This document shows positions 16,162 through 24,799 of a stretch of 32,000 bases of DNA, one piece after another; position 1 is the stretch's first letter; every line of letters begins with the position of its first letter. The DNA comes from Alphaproteobacteria bacterium. GTDB taxonomy: Bacteria; Pseudomonadota; Alphaproteobacteria; UBA1280; UBA6503. The notes beneath the pieces were generated by a model. The model saw only the letters and a program-made list of their open reading frames with translations. It did not search any database and was not told the origin of the DNA. The stretch spans positions 39,148 to 71,147 of the forward strand of contig JAJFIW010000030.1 of NCBI GenBank assembly GCA_021774615.1, read 5' to 3'. Made by a program: the position numbers and the translations under genes.

Positions 16162-16302
16162 TACAATAATTTATTAGTTATTTTTAATAAAAATATTGCA
16201 TTTTTAAGTTTGTAAGGATATTGTGCGTTCACTCATGGTTAGATTAACTGTGTTTGAACAGATTTGAAGATAGATATTTATTAATAGAGAAGGCTGCCAA
16301 AG

Positions 16303-16515
16303 ATGAAACAAGGCATTCACCCAGAATACCACGAAATTAAAATCGTTATGACTGATGGTACCGAGTACACAACACGTAGTACATGGGGCAAACCCGGTGA
16401 AACTATGAAGTTGATGATTGATAGTAAATCTCACCCTGCTTATACAGGCAAGCGTCGTAACCTTGATATGCTTGGTCGTATTGACAAATTCAACAAGAAA
16501 TATGGTCGTTCTTAA
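16303..16515 (+). CDS. rpmE: 50S ribosomal protein L31
   Basis: [29 protein letters not shown] is canonical L31. This is a non-Zn type, with no CxxC motif. Confidence 0.95.
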   Translation: MKQGIHPEYHEIKIVMTDGTEYTTRSTWGKPGETMKLMIDSKSHPAYTGKRRNLDMLGRIDKFNKKYGRS

Positions 16516-16533
16516 TATTTACTTGTATCAATA

Positions 16534-16564
16534 TAAAAAAACCAGCCTTTTGGCTGGTTTTTTT
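16534..16564. terminator. bidirectional intrinsic terminator (rpmE + / cheW -)
   Basis: aaaaaaaccagcc tttt ggctggttttttt, a perfect stem with flanking A- and T-runs between convergent genes. Confidence 0.9.
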
Positions 16565-16579
16565 ATATTCTAATATTAC

Positions 16580-17146
16580 CTAAGCTGGTGTATCTGCACC
16601 TTCTGCTGGTACATCTACAGATTCCATTTTTTGGATTTCATCAATGCTGAATACTTTATGTAAATCAATCAGGATGATCATTCGTTCTTTGTAGTAAGCG
16701 ATACCTTTAATGTAAGTAGAGCCAATACCACCAGCAATAAGAGCTGGCGCAGGTTTTGCCAAATCTGTTGGAATACGCAGAACTTCTGAGTCCCCATCAA
16801 CAATAAGCCCTAGAACATTGTCTGCAATTTCTACAACAACGACCCGTGTTTTATCGTTATTATCTGTCATATCGAGGTTAAAGCGTTTGCGAAGGTCAAC
16901 AATTGGAATAATTTGGCCACGTAAGTTAATAACACCTTCAACAAAATCAGGAGCATTTGGTACTGGAGTAATATCTGACATAACAATAATTTCACGTACG
17001 TCTAAAATTGGTACGCCAAATTCTTCACCAAGTAACTCAAAGGTAACTAGGTGCATTAAAACGTCAGAAGTTAACATGTCACCATTTGCACCACGTTGGT
17101 TGGTCTGGGATACATTAGCTTCCTGATTTGGTACAAGATCATTCAT
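16580..17146 (-). CDS. cheW: chemotaxis coupling protein CheW
   Basis: CheW domain: FELLGEEFGVPILDVREI..ITPVPNAPDFVEGVINLRGQIIPIVDLRKRF. It has short N- and C-terminal extensions. Confidence 0.9.
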   Translation of the reverse strand: MNDLVPNQEANVSQTNQRGANGDMLTSDVLMHLVTFELLGEEFGVPILDVREIIVMSDITPVPNAPDFVEGVINLRGQIIPIVDLRKRFNLDMTDNNDKTRVVVVEIADNVLGLIVDGDSEVLRIPTDLAKPAPALIAGGIGSTYIKGIAYYKERMIILIDLHKVFSIDEIQKMESVDVPAEGADTPA

Positions 17147-17338
17147 GGGTGTTTTCTACCTTCTTCTTTATTTTTTTACCGACAGAATAGCTTTTTCTAT
17201 CATTAGTATATATTTAGTTATTGATTATGAGAAGTTAAACCCCTTGAAATTTTTTTTTTAATGCTTAAATTGATTATTTTTTTGGGTGCAGTGAGGTATA
17301 CTTGTTACATATTTTATAAAAATGGCGGAAATATATCT

Positions 17339-18694
17339 ATGGAATCTCCATTCACTAATGCAGCTGAGAACATATCGAACTTAAAAAATGCAGCGCTTTT
17401 TGGCAAAGTAACAGGTGTGTCAGGGCTTGTTGTATCCTGTGAAGGGTTGCATGACACTACTATTGGCAGCAGGTGTTTGGTAGAAAACCGCCATAAGAAG
17501 CCATTGCAAGCAGAGGTTATTGGCTATCAGGGAGACAAAATACTTCTAATGCCATTTGCACCAGTTGAAGGGATTGGGCCTGGTTGCGCAGTTTATCTTA
17601 TATCTGGAAAAGCAACAATTAAGGTTAATGATGGATTCATCGGACGGATTATAAATGCTTTAGGTGAACCTATTGATAACAAGGGGCCGTTATCTGTAGA
17701 AGGTGAAATACGCGATTTAAAGGCAGTGCCTCCTGCACCAAGCACACGCTTACCTATTGGTGACAAGTTAGACGTTGGCGTTAGAGCACTTAATACTTTC
17801 ACGCCATTATGCCAAGGGCAAAGAATGGGTGTGTTTTCAGGTTCTGGTGTGGGTAAGTCTACACTTATGGGGATGATAGCAAAATATGCACAGGCTGAGG
17901 TTAACGTAATTGCATTAGTCGGAGAACGTGGCCGTGAGGTAATGGAGTTTATTCGTAATAGCCTTGGTGAAGAGGGGCTGCGGAAATCTATTGTAATTGT
18001 AGCAACTGGCGACGAACCACCACTAATGCGCCGTCAAGCTGCATATACAGCCATGACAGTTGCTGAACATTTCAGAGACTGCGGACTGCAAGTTTTGATG
18101 ATGATGGACTCTGTGACCCGTTTTGCTATGGCTCAGCGAGAAATTGGCTTATCAGCAGGAGAACCTCCAACTACTCGTGGTTATACACCGTCAGTATTTT
18201 CTGAATTACCCCGTTTGTTAGAGCGTGCTGGAACATGCGCAGGCAAGGGGGCTATTACAGGGCTGTTTACAGTATTGGTAGAAGGTAGCGACATGGACGA
18301 GCCAGTTGCTGACGCTGTGCGCGGTATTCTTGACGGTCATATTGTGTTGGAGCGAGAGCTAGCAGAGCGAGGGCATTTCCCATCTATTAATATATTAAAG
18401 TCTGTTTCAAGGGCTGTTCCAGATTGTAATAGCGATGAAGAAACAAGCCTTATTAATAAAGCTCGTTCTTTTTACGCAACTTACGACAATATGGCAGAGC
18501 TTATCCGCTTAGGTGCATATAAAAAAGGTAGTGATACAGAAGTAGACACAGCCATTTTTTACCATTCCCCTATAGAAAAATTTCTAAAACAAGCCCCTAA
18601 CGAATCTGCTACCCTTGATGAAGGTTTCTCATCTTTAGGAGTAATTCTTGGTAAGGCTGTGCCTGAAGACCCAAAATTAGCTGAAGAAAAATAA
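17339..18694 (+). CDS. fliI: flagellum-specific ATPase FliI
   Basis: Walker A GSGVGKST, Walker B LMMMDSVTR and the T3SS-ATPase signature FPSINILKSVSR. ATG 17339 (MESPF...) is preferred over ATG 17261 in the ORF track, which would add 26 non-conserved residues. Confidence 0.95.
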   Translation: MESPFTNAAENISNLKNAALFGKVTGVSGLVVSCEGLHDTTIGSRCLVENRHKKPLQAEVIGYQGDKILLMPFAPVEGIGPGCAVYLISGKATIKVNDGFIGRIINALGEPIDNKGPLSVEGEIRDLKAVPPAPSTRLPIGDKLDVGVRALNTFTPLCQGQRMGVFSGSGVGKSTLMGMIAKYAQAEVNVIALVGERGREVMEFIRNSLGEEGLRKSIVIVATGDEPPLMRRQAAYTAMTVAEHFRDCGLQVLMMMDSVTRFAMAQREIGLSAGEPPTTRGYTPSVFSELPRLLERAGTCAGKGAITGLFTVLVEGSDMDEPVADAVRGILDGHIVLERELAERGHFPSINILKSVSRAVPDCNSDEETSLINKARSFYATYDNMAELIRLGAYKKGSDTEVDTAIFYHSPIEKFLKQAPNESATLDEGFSSLGVILGKAVPEDPKLAEEK

Positions 18695-19117
18695 ATGGCT
18701 GATAATATTAAAACACTTAATAATTTATTAAAAATTGCAAAAAAGTCAGTTGAAGATACTCAGAAAAGTATTGCACAAGTTCTTGCGGCAATATCTGGGC
18801 ATGAACAGCAAATTGCACAACTCCAGAAAAAAATAAAAGATGAGGGTGTATATGCTGGCTCCGACCCGCAAATGATGATTGCCCTTGATATGTTTACTAA
18901 ACGCAGTAAGGCAGATATAAAAGAATTAGCTGAAAAGCGAATGAAACTCCTTAACCATGAGGCACAACTAAGAGAAGAACTTAGCAAAAACTTTGCTGAA
19001 GAAAAGCGCTATCAAATCCTACTAGAGCGTAAACAAGCCGAAAGTAAGAAGTTACATGATAAAAAGCAGCAACAGCAACTAGACGAAATTGCAGCGACTA
19101 GGAAATATAAGTTCTAG
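18695..19117 (+). CDS. fliJ: flagellar export chaperone-like protein FliJ
   Basis: 140-aa coiled-coil, Lys/Gln-rich protein. Its ATG abuts the fliI stop, which is the canonical fliI-fliJ position. The call rests on context and composition only. Confidence 0.6.
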   Translation: MADNIKTLNNLLKIAKKSVEDTQKSIAQVLAAISGHEQQIAQLQKKIKDEGVYAGSDPQMMIALDMFTKRSKADIKELAEKRMKLLNHEAQLREELSKNFAEEKRYQILLERKQAESKKLHDKKQQQQLDEIAATRKYKF

Positions 19118-19271
19118 AGCTGTATAAATTAAGTATACAATCTTCTTGAAAAAACTATAAATAAGTAATATCTTTATGATTAAGTATTATTTTTCTGTTC
19201 ATTTTCTTTAAAAACCTATCTCGATAGTATCTTGTTGAGGTTATTCTTCTTTCTATAAGGATGTATTTATT

Positions 19272-19637
19272 ATGAGTAATAATACAAAGCAAATGTTTAA
19301 ATTTTTAGGCATATTCTTATTGGCTGTAGTCGCCCATGCCATATTTGGCTGGTTGGCTGCTGCTGTTGGGTTTGCAGGCGTTGTGCTTTTTGCTGTGTTT
19401 GCAAAAGAAATGGCTACTGAAATCAGAATGAGTGGCGAGAAAGCCATGATGATTTTTTCTTTTCTGGCAGCATTATTGTTGCTAGAGTTTGTGACATGGC
19501 TAGTTTTCTGGCTTGGTATAACAGGCACAGAAAGCCATATCGTGAGAGTAATTCTCATAAATGTGCTTATGTGCATCACATTGTTTGCCGTTTATCCTAG
19601 TATTATTGGCAAATATTTCGGCAACCCTTTTGAATAG
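19272..19637 (+). CDS. hypothetical 4-TM membrane protein
   Basis: 121-aa hydrophobic ORF with SD AAGGA 10 nt upstream. No family recognised. Confidence 0.5.
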   Translation: MSNNTKQMFKFLGIFLLAVVAHAIFGWLAAAVGFAGVVLFAVFAKEMATEIRMSGEKAMMIFSFLAALLLLEFVTWLVFWLGITGTESHIVRVILINVLMCITLFAVYPSIIGKYFGNPFE

Positions 19638-19646
19638 GAGCCCACC

Positions 19647-20099
19647 ATGGATTTTGATAAAGTAATCAAATATACGTTACCATTTGCGGCAGCGTTTGTA
19701 GCGTTGTCTCTAGTTGGTATAGCATATGGTAACTATGGCATTTGGATCTTGATGGTGGTAGGAGTTTGCCTTGGAGCTATTTGGGTTATTTTTATAGAGA
19801 ATATTTATAAAAACTCTCTTTTACCATCTACCAAAGATTTTTTATTTTTATTTCTACCAACGTTAGGTGGTGTAGCTGCCATATCGTTAACAGTAAGTAA
19901 TTTTTTTGTGGCTTCGGAAGCTATCGAAAGCGCAAAAATTTATGGCGAACCACTGGATGTAGGAAGCAAGTATGTCTTAGGTAATATGGAAATAGACCTG
20001 ATGTTTTTTCTGTCAAGTCTAATTCTGTATCTACTGCTATTATGGTTGGGGCGACCTACCATTGAAAGGCTTAACAAAGCCAGTACTAAGGCAAACTAG
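19647..20099 (+). CDS. hypothetical membrane protein (about 4 TM)
   Basis: 150-aa ORF starting 9 nt after the previous stop, preceded by GGAG (taggagcccaccATG). No family recognised. Confidence 0.5.
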   Translation: MDFDKVIKYTLPFAAAFVALSLVGIAYGNYGIWILMVVGVCLGAIWVIFIENIYKNSLLPSTKDFLFLFLPTLGGVAAISLTVSNFFVASEAIESAKIYGEPLDVGSKYVLGNMEIDLMFFLSSLILYLLLLWLGRPTIERLNKASTKAN

Positions 20100-20118
20100 C
20101 TTGTGTCTGAAATAACGA

Positions 20119-20147
20119 GAAATCCCCAGCTATATGCTGGGGATTTC
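20119..20147. terminator. hairpin between convergent genes (weak U-tract)
   Basis: gaaatccccagc tatat gctggggatttc, a 12-bp stem between the stops at 20099 (+) and 20149 (-). There are no long T-runs, so terminator activity is uncertain. Confidence 0.5.
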
Positions 20148-20148
20148 A

Positions 20149-20526
20149 TCATTTATGGGTATAGCTAGGTTGGCTACGGCTAACTTCGATTGTTTGGGAT
20201 ATGCCGCTAGTAGTAAGTGTACCTTTAACATTAATATAAAAAGGTATCGCAAGGTCATAAATATCACATGCTAATTCAGTAAGCATTTCTTCTGGCTGAA
20301 GCCAGGTATGCTTACTAATCTCTTCTAGGTATTGGCTATATTCATCTGTAGAGATAAGGTGGGTGTCTGGTAAATAGCTAAGCTTAATTAACAATTCAGC
20401 TGTTTGTTGCTCGGTGTGTAAGGTTACACCTTTTTCCAGAATAATAGCGGTATTAGTCCCATGGCTAGTATAAGTATGGGGTGTAAGTAATTCTTGCCGC
20501 TGCCTACGAGTAGAAGAATTAGACAT
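20149..20526 (-). CDS. QueF-like (T-fold) protein lacking the catalytic Cys, translationally coupled to cheR
   Basis: 125 aa from ATG 20526. ATGTCTAA overlaps the cheR stop by 8 nt. YLPDTHLISTDEYSQYL and DIYDLAIPFYINVKGTLTTSGIS line up with my recollection of B. subtilis QueF (YIPDEKMVESKSLKLYL and [24 protein letters not shown]). The CPxTGQPD motif is absent (LHTEQQTAE). The call is recollection-based and tentative. Confidence 0.4.
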   Translation of the reverse strand: MSNSSTRRQRQELLTPHTYTSHGTNTAIILEKGVTLHTEQQTAELLIKLSYLPDTHLISTDEYSQYLEEISKHTWLQPEEMLTELACDIYDLAIPFYINVKGTLTTSGISQTIEVSRSQPSYTHK

Positions 20527-21421
20527 GGAGCTTTTCTGTACCTGGAGGCGCTTTACGGTAAGCAAAGGCGCTTGCTAATTCCCGGTCTGAACGAAAAATA
20601 TGTTTATAGGAGTATAAATTTTCCGAATGGCCAACTAGAAGTAAGCTATTTTCACTCATGGTGTCATAGATATTCCATAAAACTTGTTCTTTAGAGTTGG
20701 CATCAAAATAAATCAGAACATTACGGCATATAATAATATCAAACTTACCTAGACGGCGGATGTCTGATTGTTCTTTGAGGTTTGCAACTGAGAATTTAGT
20801 AAACTTCTTAACGCTTTCATCAAGCTCGAATCTTTTGCCGTCAATGTCTTTAAAATATTTCTTAAGCATATCGCTAGGGATATTGCGTACCCCGTATTGT
20901 GCATAAATAGCTTTTTTTGAGTCTTCTACAGCTTGTTGAGAAATATCAGTACCAACTATTTCTAGGTTTATATCTGCCAACCAGTTATTTTTTAGGAACT
21001 GTAGAACAGTTGTATAAACTTCGTCACCAGTAGAGCATGCAGCACTCCAAATACGGATTTTTTTGTCTGCTGATAATTTTTTTGCTGCAACAAGTGGTGC
21101 TAGAACATCACGTTCAAAAGCTTTTAGTTGTGGCTCATTGCGGAAAAAGAATGTTTCGTGGATAGTGATAATATCAATAAATTTAGGTAGCTCTGTACGC
21201 CGGTCAACATTTGTGGTGATGTAGTCATAGTAAGCAATATCGTTCTTTAAACCCAATACATCACAACGATGGTTTACTTTTGAGGTCAGGAAATAGTTCT
21301 TATTGTCATCAAACTTAATGCCTGTAGTATCGTAAATAAATTCTACGAACTTACGAAAGATGCTTTCGTCCATCGTAGGTCTTGATGAAACGGTAGATAT
21401 TTTTGGTGCGGTTTCAGTCAT
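20519..21421 (-). CDS. cheR: chemotaxis protein methyltransferase CheR
   Basis: ETFFFRN, IRIWSAACSTGDEVYT and IICRNVLIYFD are canonical CheR SAM-methyltransferase motifs. Confidence 0.92.
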   Translation of the reverse strand: MTETAPKISTVSSRPTMDESIFRKFVEFIYDTTGIKFDDNKNYFLTSKVNHRCDVLGLKNDIAYYDYITTNVDRRTELPKFIDIITIHETFFFRNEPQLKAFERDVLAPLVAAKKLSADKKIRIWSAACSTGDEVYTTVLQFLKNNWLADINLEIVGTDISQQAVEDSKKAIYAQYGVRNIPSDMLKKYFKDIDGKRFELDESVKKFTKFSVANLKEQSDIRRLGKFDIIICRNVLIYFDANSKEQVLWNIYDTMSENSLLLVGHSENLYSYKHIFRSDRELASAFAYRKAPPGTEKLHV

Positions 21422-21430
21422 TTGACTTTA

Positions 21431-23395
21431 TCAGGCCTCAACGTTTAGGCGGTTCATAGCAGATATAGAACTATCTGAGCTCGCCATAGTTAGTGTTTCA
21501 TGTAGTGGGTCCACTTCAAAGAAGTCTACATCTTCTACTACAATGCTGCCATGCATATCAATTCTATTCAAGCTATTTTCTACAAGTTCTGAAAGTCTTT
21601 CCTTTTCTTTTGCATCCAATGGTTGTGCTGTGCGTAGTTTTAGGTGGATTATGTCATTACCTTGCATTAAACCATCTAGTTGTACATGCCCTAAAGCGCT
21701 TAATTGAACATTTAAAACAAAGCGCAAAGAGCTGTCTTCGCTATCGTTGTTTTCTTGTTGCCGTCTCCAGAAGAACCCACCTTGTCTAAGGCGTTGTTCT
21801 TGGTCATCCCAGTAGGGGAATAAAACAGTTCTCCAAGCGTCAGGCGTGTCTTGGCGCTGTTGAAGGGTATTTAGTTGTCCTAAATCGTTTTGTAGTGCGC
21901 CATCAAGCCCTAGTGCTCTTAAAATATTAATAACTTCATCACCAAAGAATATGCGTAGGTTTTGTTGTGCAGTGGCTTGTGTAAACTGGATTAGTTTTGG
22001 TAGTAAGGTTTCGTCAGCGCGGGGTAAAGATTTTATAACTTTATCTACTAAATCTGGCGATTTATCACGGATTGTATCAATAGTATTATTTAAACTATCC
22101 CACACAACTGCAAACCGCATCAGAGTATTACTGCGTTCTGTTCCTTTAGGGAGTGTCATATCAATGATTTCGGCATGGCCATCTGCCATAATACGAATAC
22201 TTATTTGGCTACCAACAGGCAATAGCCTTTGCGCTTTTACGGGAACTTTTACACCACTATTTTCTTGCCCAAACTGGAGGATTAACTCGCCATTGGGGCG
22301 TTGCTCAACAACTGTACCTGTAGTTATTTTACCAACAGGCAGTTGGCGTGGTGTTTGTTCGGTAGTAGCGGGAGGGGCTTTATGTTGTTGTTGGTTACGT
22401 TGATCAGCTTGGTTTGGGTCATTGTCTTTAACAGCTATGATGGGCTGTGTAGCTGTTACTTTTAATACCTCTAATAGGCCGCTCTCTGTAAATCTTATGC
22501 TCATTGTTGTACCAACTTGTCTTGATTGCCCAATTTCTTGTTGTAAGTTTAATGATACGCCATTTTCAAGCTTAAGCGTAACCTTACTTCCTTCTATTTG
22601 CTCGATATTTGCGTTGTACACAATATTGTGTTGTACAACGCTTGGTTTTGGTATGGTTAGGGTAAACTGGGTTTTGGGTTCTAACTGTTGCTGTACTTGT
22701 ATTTGTGAAGGGTGGGGCTGTTTAATTTGCCCTTGGTTATGAACAATAGCCTCTTTTGCTTGTGGTGGTGTTGGTAGGGTTAGTTTTTCAATTGTTGCCT
22801 GTTGTTGGTTGTTTAAACGCAGCACCAGCTCGGTATTTTTTTCGAATGTTGGAGGGAGAATTATTTGGAGCTTATTTCCATTAGCTAAAGTTACCTCTTG
22901 GAGGCCATTTTGAGGAATGCTAGTCATCTTTCCCATAACACTTGCTCCGGGTGCTGGTAGTAGTGCTGAAGTTGTTGTTGATACAGGGGGTTTAAAGTTA
23001 ATAGTTTGCCCTTCTTGGGGTTGAATTTGTTGCGCGACCTCAAGTAATATAGGTGGGTTCGGTGCTGGCTTTACATCTGCCATTTGTGGCAACACAACAC
23101 GCAGCAGCTGTATTGACTGGTCTTGTGTTGGTTTGGTAGAAGCACGCAGCAACAACAATTGGCTGCCTTGTGGAAGCTGTTCTGGTATTTCTGCTAAAAA
23201 TACCTGCCCCGATGGTAATAATAACTGGCTTTGCCCTGATGGTAGCGGCGTTGATGATTGCACAATAGCTTTTATAACTGTTTGTTTAATGCCCTCGGGG
23301 AGGTTTTCGATATTATTTAGTAATTGGGTGGTGTTTTGCCCTCGTTGGTTGGGGTCTGTAAGTAATAGTGTGTTTTCGTTGAGCATCGGGAACAT
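21431..23395 (-). CDS. FliK-like flagellar hook-length control protein, Gln/Pro-rich with internal repeats
   Basis: 654 aa. The C-terminal segment LRFVLNVQLSALGHVQLDGLMQGNDIIHLKLRTAQPLDAKEKERLSELVENSLNRIDMHGSIVV fits the Flg_hook/T3S4 pattern (L.L.P..LG.v.v....... l.l.f........l......L...L...G). The N-terminal region has four ~55-aa modules joined by Q/P linkers. It sits in a flagellar operon. Confidence 0.5.
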   Translation of the reverse strand: MFPMLNENTLLLTDPNQRGQNTTQLLNNIENLPEGIKQTVIKAIVQSSTPLPSGQSQLLLPSGQVFLAEIPEQLPQGSQLLLLRASTKPTQDQSIQLLRVVLPQMADVKPAPNPPILLEVAQQIQPQEGQTINFKPPVSTTTSALLPAPGASVMGKMTSIPQNGLQEVTLANGNKLQIILPPTFEKNTELVLRLNNQQQATIEKLTLPTPPQAKEAIVHNQGQIKQPHPSQIQVQQQLEPKTQFTLTIPKPSVVQHNIVYNANIEQIEGSKVTLKLENGVSLNLQQEIGQSRQVGTTMSIRFTESGLLEVLKVTATQPIIAVKDNDPNQADQRNQQQHKAPPATTEQTPRQLPVGKITTGTVVEQRPNGELILQFGQENSGVKVPVKAQRLLPVGSQISIRIMADGHAEIIDMTLPKGTERSNTLMRFAVVWDSLNNTIDTIRDKSPDLVDKVIKSLPRADETLLPKLIQFTQATAQQNLRIFFGDEVINILRALGLDGALQNDLGQLNTLQQRQDTPDAWRTVLFPYWDDQEQRLRQGGFFWRRQQENNDSEDSSLRFVLNVQLSALGHVQLDGLMQGNDIIHLKLRTAQPLDAKEKERLSELVENSLNRIDMHGSIVVEDVDFFEVDPLHETLTMASSDSSISAMNRLNVEA

Positions 23396-23400
23396 ATTTT

Positions 23401-24003
23401 TTAAACCCCGTATTTTTTGTTGGCTGTAAGCTTAATAATATCTTGGTAGCAAGGGCAACTGGTTAGATGGTCATTTACCAGCCCAATTGCTTGCATATAG
23501 GCATATACAGTTGTGGGCCCAAGAAATTTAAAGCCATGCTTTTTTAGCTCTTTACTAATGTTTATAGCAATAGGTGTCACCACGGGTATATTATCCATTT
23601 TATCTATAGAATTCATAATAGGCTTATGGCCTACAAACTGCCAGATATAACGTGCAAAACTACCATGTATTTGTTGGATCTTTATAAAGCAATTAGCATT
23701 ATTAATCGCAGCTTTAATTTTAAGTTTATGGCGAATAATTCCTGCATCAGCCATTAATCTATTTTCATCAGCAGCAGTGAACTGGGATATTTTTTTCGGG
23801 TTAAACTCTTTAAATGCCTTGCGGAAGTTGTTGCGTTTATTAAGAATAGTAAGCCAGCTTAAACCAGCTTGGAAGCTCTCAAGAATTAGGAATTCAAATA
23901 AAATATTATCGTCTGTAACGGGAACACCCCATTCTTGGTGGTGGTATTGTTCGTATAGCTTATTGCCTAAGCACCATGGGCAGGGTTGGCTATTATTAGT
24001 CAC
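23401..24003 (-). CDS. tag: DNA-3-methyladenine glycosylase I
   Basis: CPWC...YHHQEWGVPVTDDNILFEFLILESFQAGLSWLTIL..AGIIRH..KFLGPTTVYAYMQAIGLVNDHLTSCPCY is collinear with E. coli Tag, including the Zn-ligand Cys/His positions. The GTG start overlaps the flhG stop. Confidence 0.95.
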   Translation of the reverse strand: MTNNSQPCPWCLGNKLYEQYHHQEWGVPVTDDNILFEFLILESFQAGLSWLTILNKRNNFRKAFKEFNPKKISQFTAADENRLMADAGIIRHKLKIKAAINNANCFIKIQQIHGSFARYIWQFVGHKPIMNSIDKMDNIPVVTPIAINISKELKKHGFKFLGPTTVYAYMQAIGLVNDHLTSCPCYQDIIKLTANKKYGV

Positions 24004-24799
24004 TAGTTTGGTCTATTAATTTCTTAGCCAAGCCACGGATTGTGTCCGCAATAGGCATATGGGGGAAGCTCTCAAGCAGTAAAGTTTGCTTGCGTACTGC
24101 CATAATGTAGTTTTTGTCGTGGGGAATAACACCAAACAAAGGTATATCAATTTGCAGAAATTTATCTGCAGCCATGCGGATTTTCTCGTACGTATTACGT
24201 GCTTCAATATCGCCATTCGCTTGGTTTATTAGAACTTGGCAATTATTTTTGTAGTGCTTTGCTTTAAGAAGTTTAATAACTGCATAACTATCGGTAATAG
24301 AGCTAGGGTCTGGGGTTATAACTAGTAATGTTTTATCAGCGAAATTAGCAAATGATAATACATCATCACCAACTCCAGCAGCAATATCTAGTAGAACAAG
24401 GTCATAGTTTGCTGCTACTTTCTCGATTTGTTTTAAAATATTACGGCGGTCAAGGGCTGTAGTAAAGGGGAGGGTGTCAGAACCTGAGCGCCCTGCAATA
24501 AAGTCGAAACCAGCTTTTGGTGCTCTGGTTATAACTTGCTCTAGTTCGGCATTTCCTGTTAAAACTTCTGATAAATCGCGGGCAGGGTTAACACCTAATT
24601 GTACGTCAACGTTAGCAAGGCCAAGGTCTGCATCAAACACTAATACTTTTTTGCCTTGCTTTGCGGCAGCTTGCGCCATATTTAAAGTAGCGCTGGTTTT
24701 CCCGACTCCACCTTTCCCACTGGCGATTGCTATAATTTGTCCATGCTTATGTAATGAGCCAAGTTTTTCAAGAGCGGCTAGATCGAGCTGAGTATTCAT
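23996..24799 (-). CDS. flhG: MinD/ParA-type flagellar number regulator FlhG (FleN)
   Basis: Deviant Walker A SGKGGVGKTS. It follows flhF. ATG 24799 is preferred because of the SD GGGAGGA upstream and the ATGA overlap with the flhF stop; the ORF track start is 24814. Confidence 0.85.
   Translation of the reverse strand: MNTQLDLAALEKLGSLHKHGQIIAIASGKGGVGKTSATLNMAQAAAKQGKKVLVFDADLGLANVDVQLGVNPARDLSEVLTGNAELEQVITRAPKAGFDFIAGRSGSDTLPFTTALDRRNILKQIEKVAANYDLVLLDIAAGVGDDVLSFANFADKTLLVITPDPSSITDSYAVIKLLKAKHYKNNCQVLINQANGDIEARNTYEKIRMAADKFLQIDIPLFGVIPHDKNYIMAVRKQTLLLESFPHMPIADTIRGLAKKLIDQTSD

Noticed and set aside
17261-17338. ORF-track start of fliI at 17261
   Set aside because: It adds 26 hydrophobic, non-conserved residues (MLKLIIFLGAVRYTCYIFYKNGGNIS) that are unlike FliI N-termini. 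ATG 17339 fits better, though this is not proven.
20527-20565. Longer 138-aa form of the QueF-like ORF starting at 20565
   Set aside because: It would overlap cheR by 47 nt. ATG 20526 gives the classic ATGnnTAA coupling overlap with the cheR stop and removes a non-conserved basic leader.
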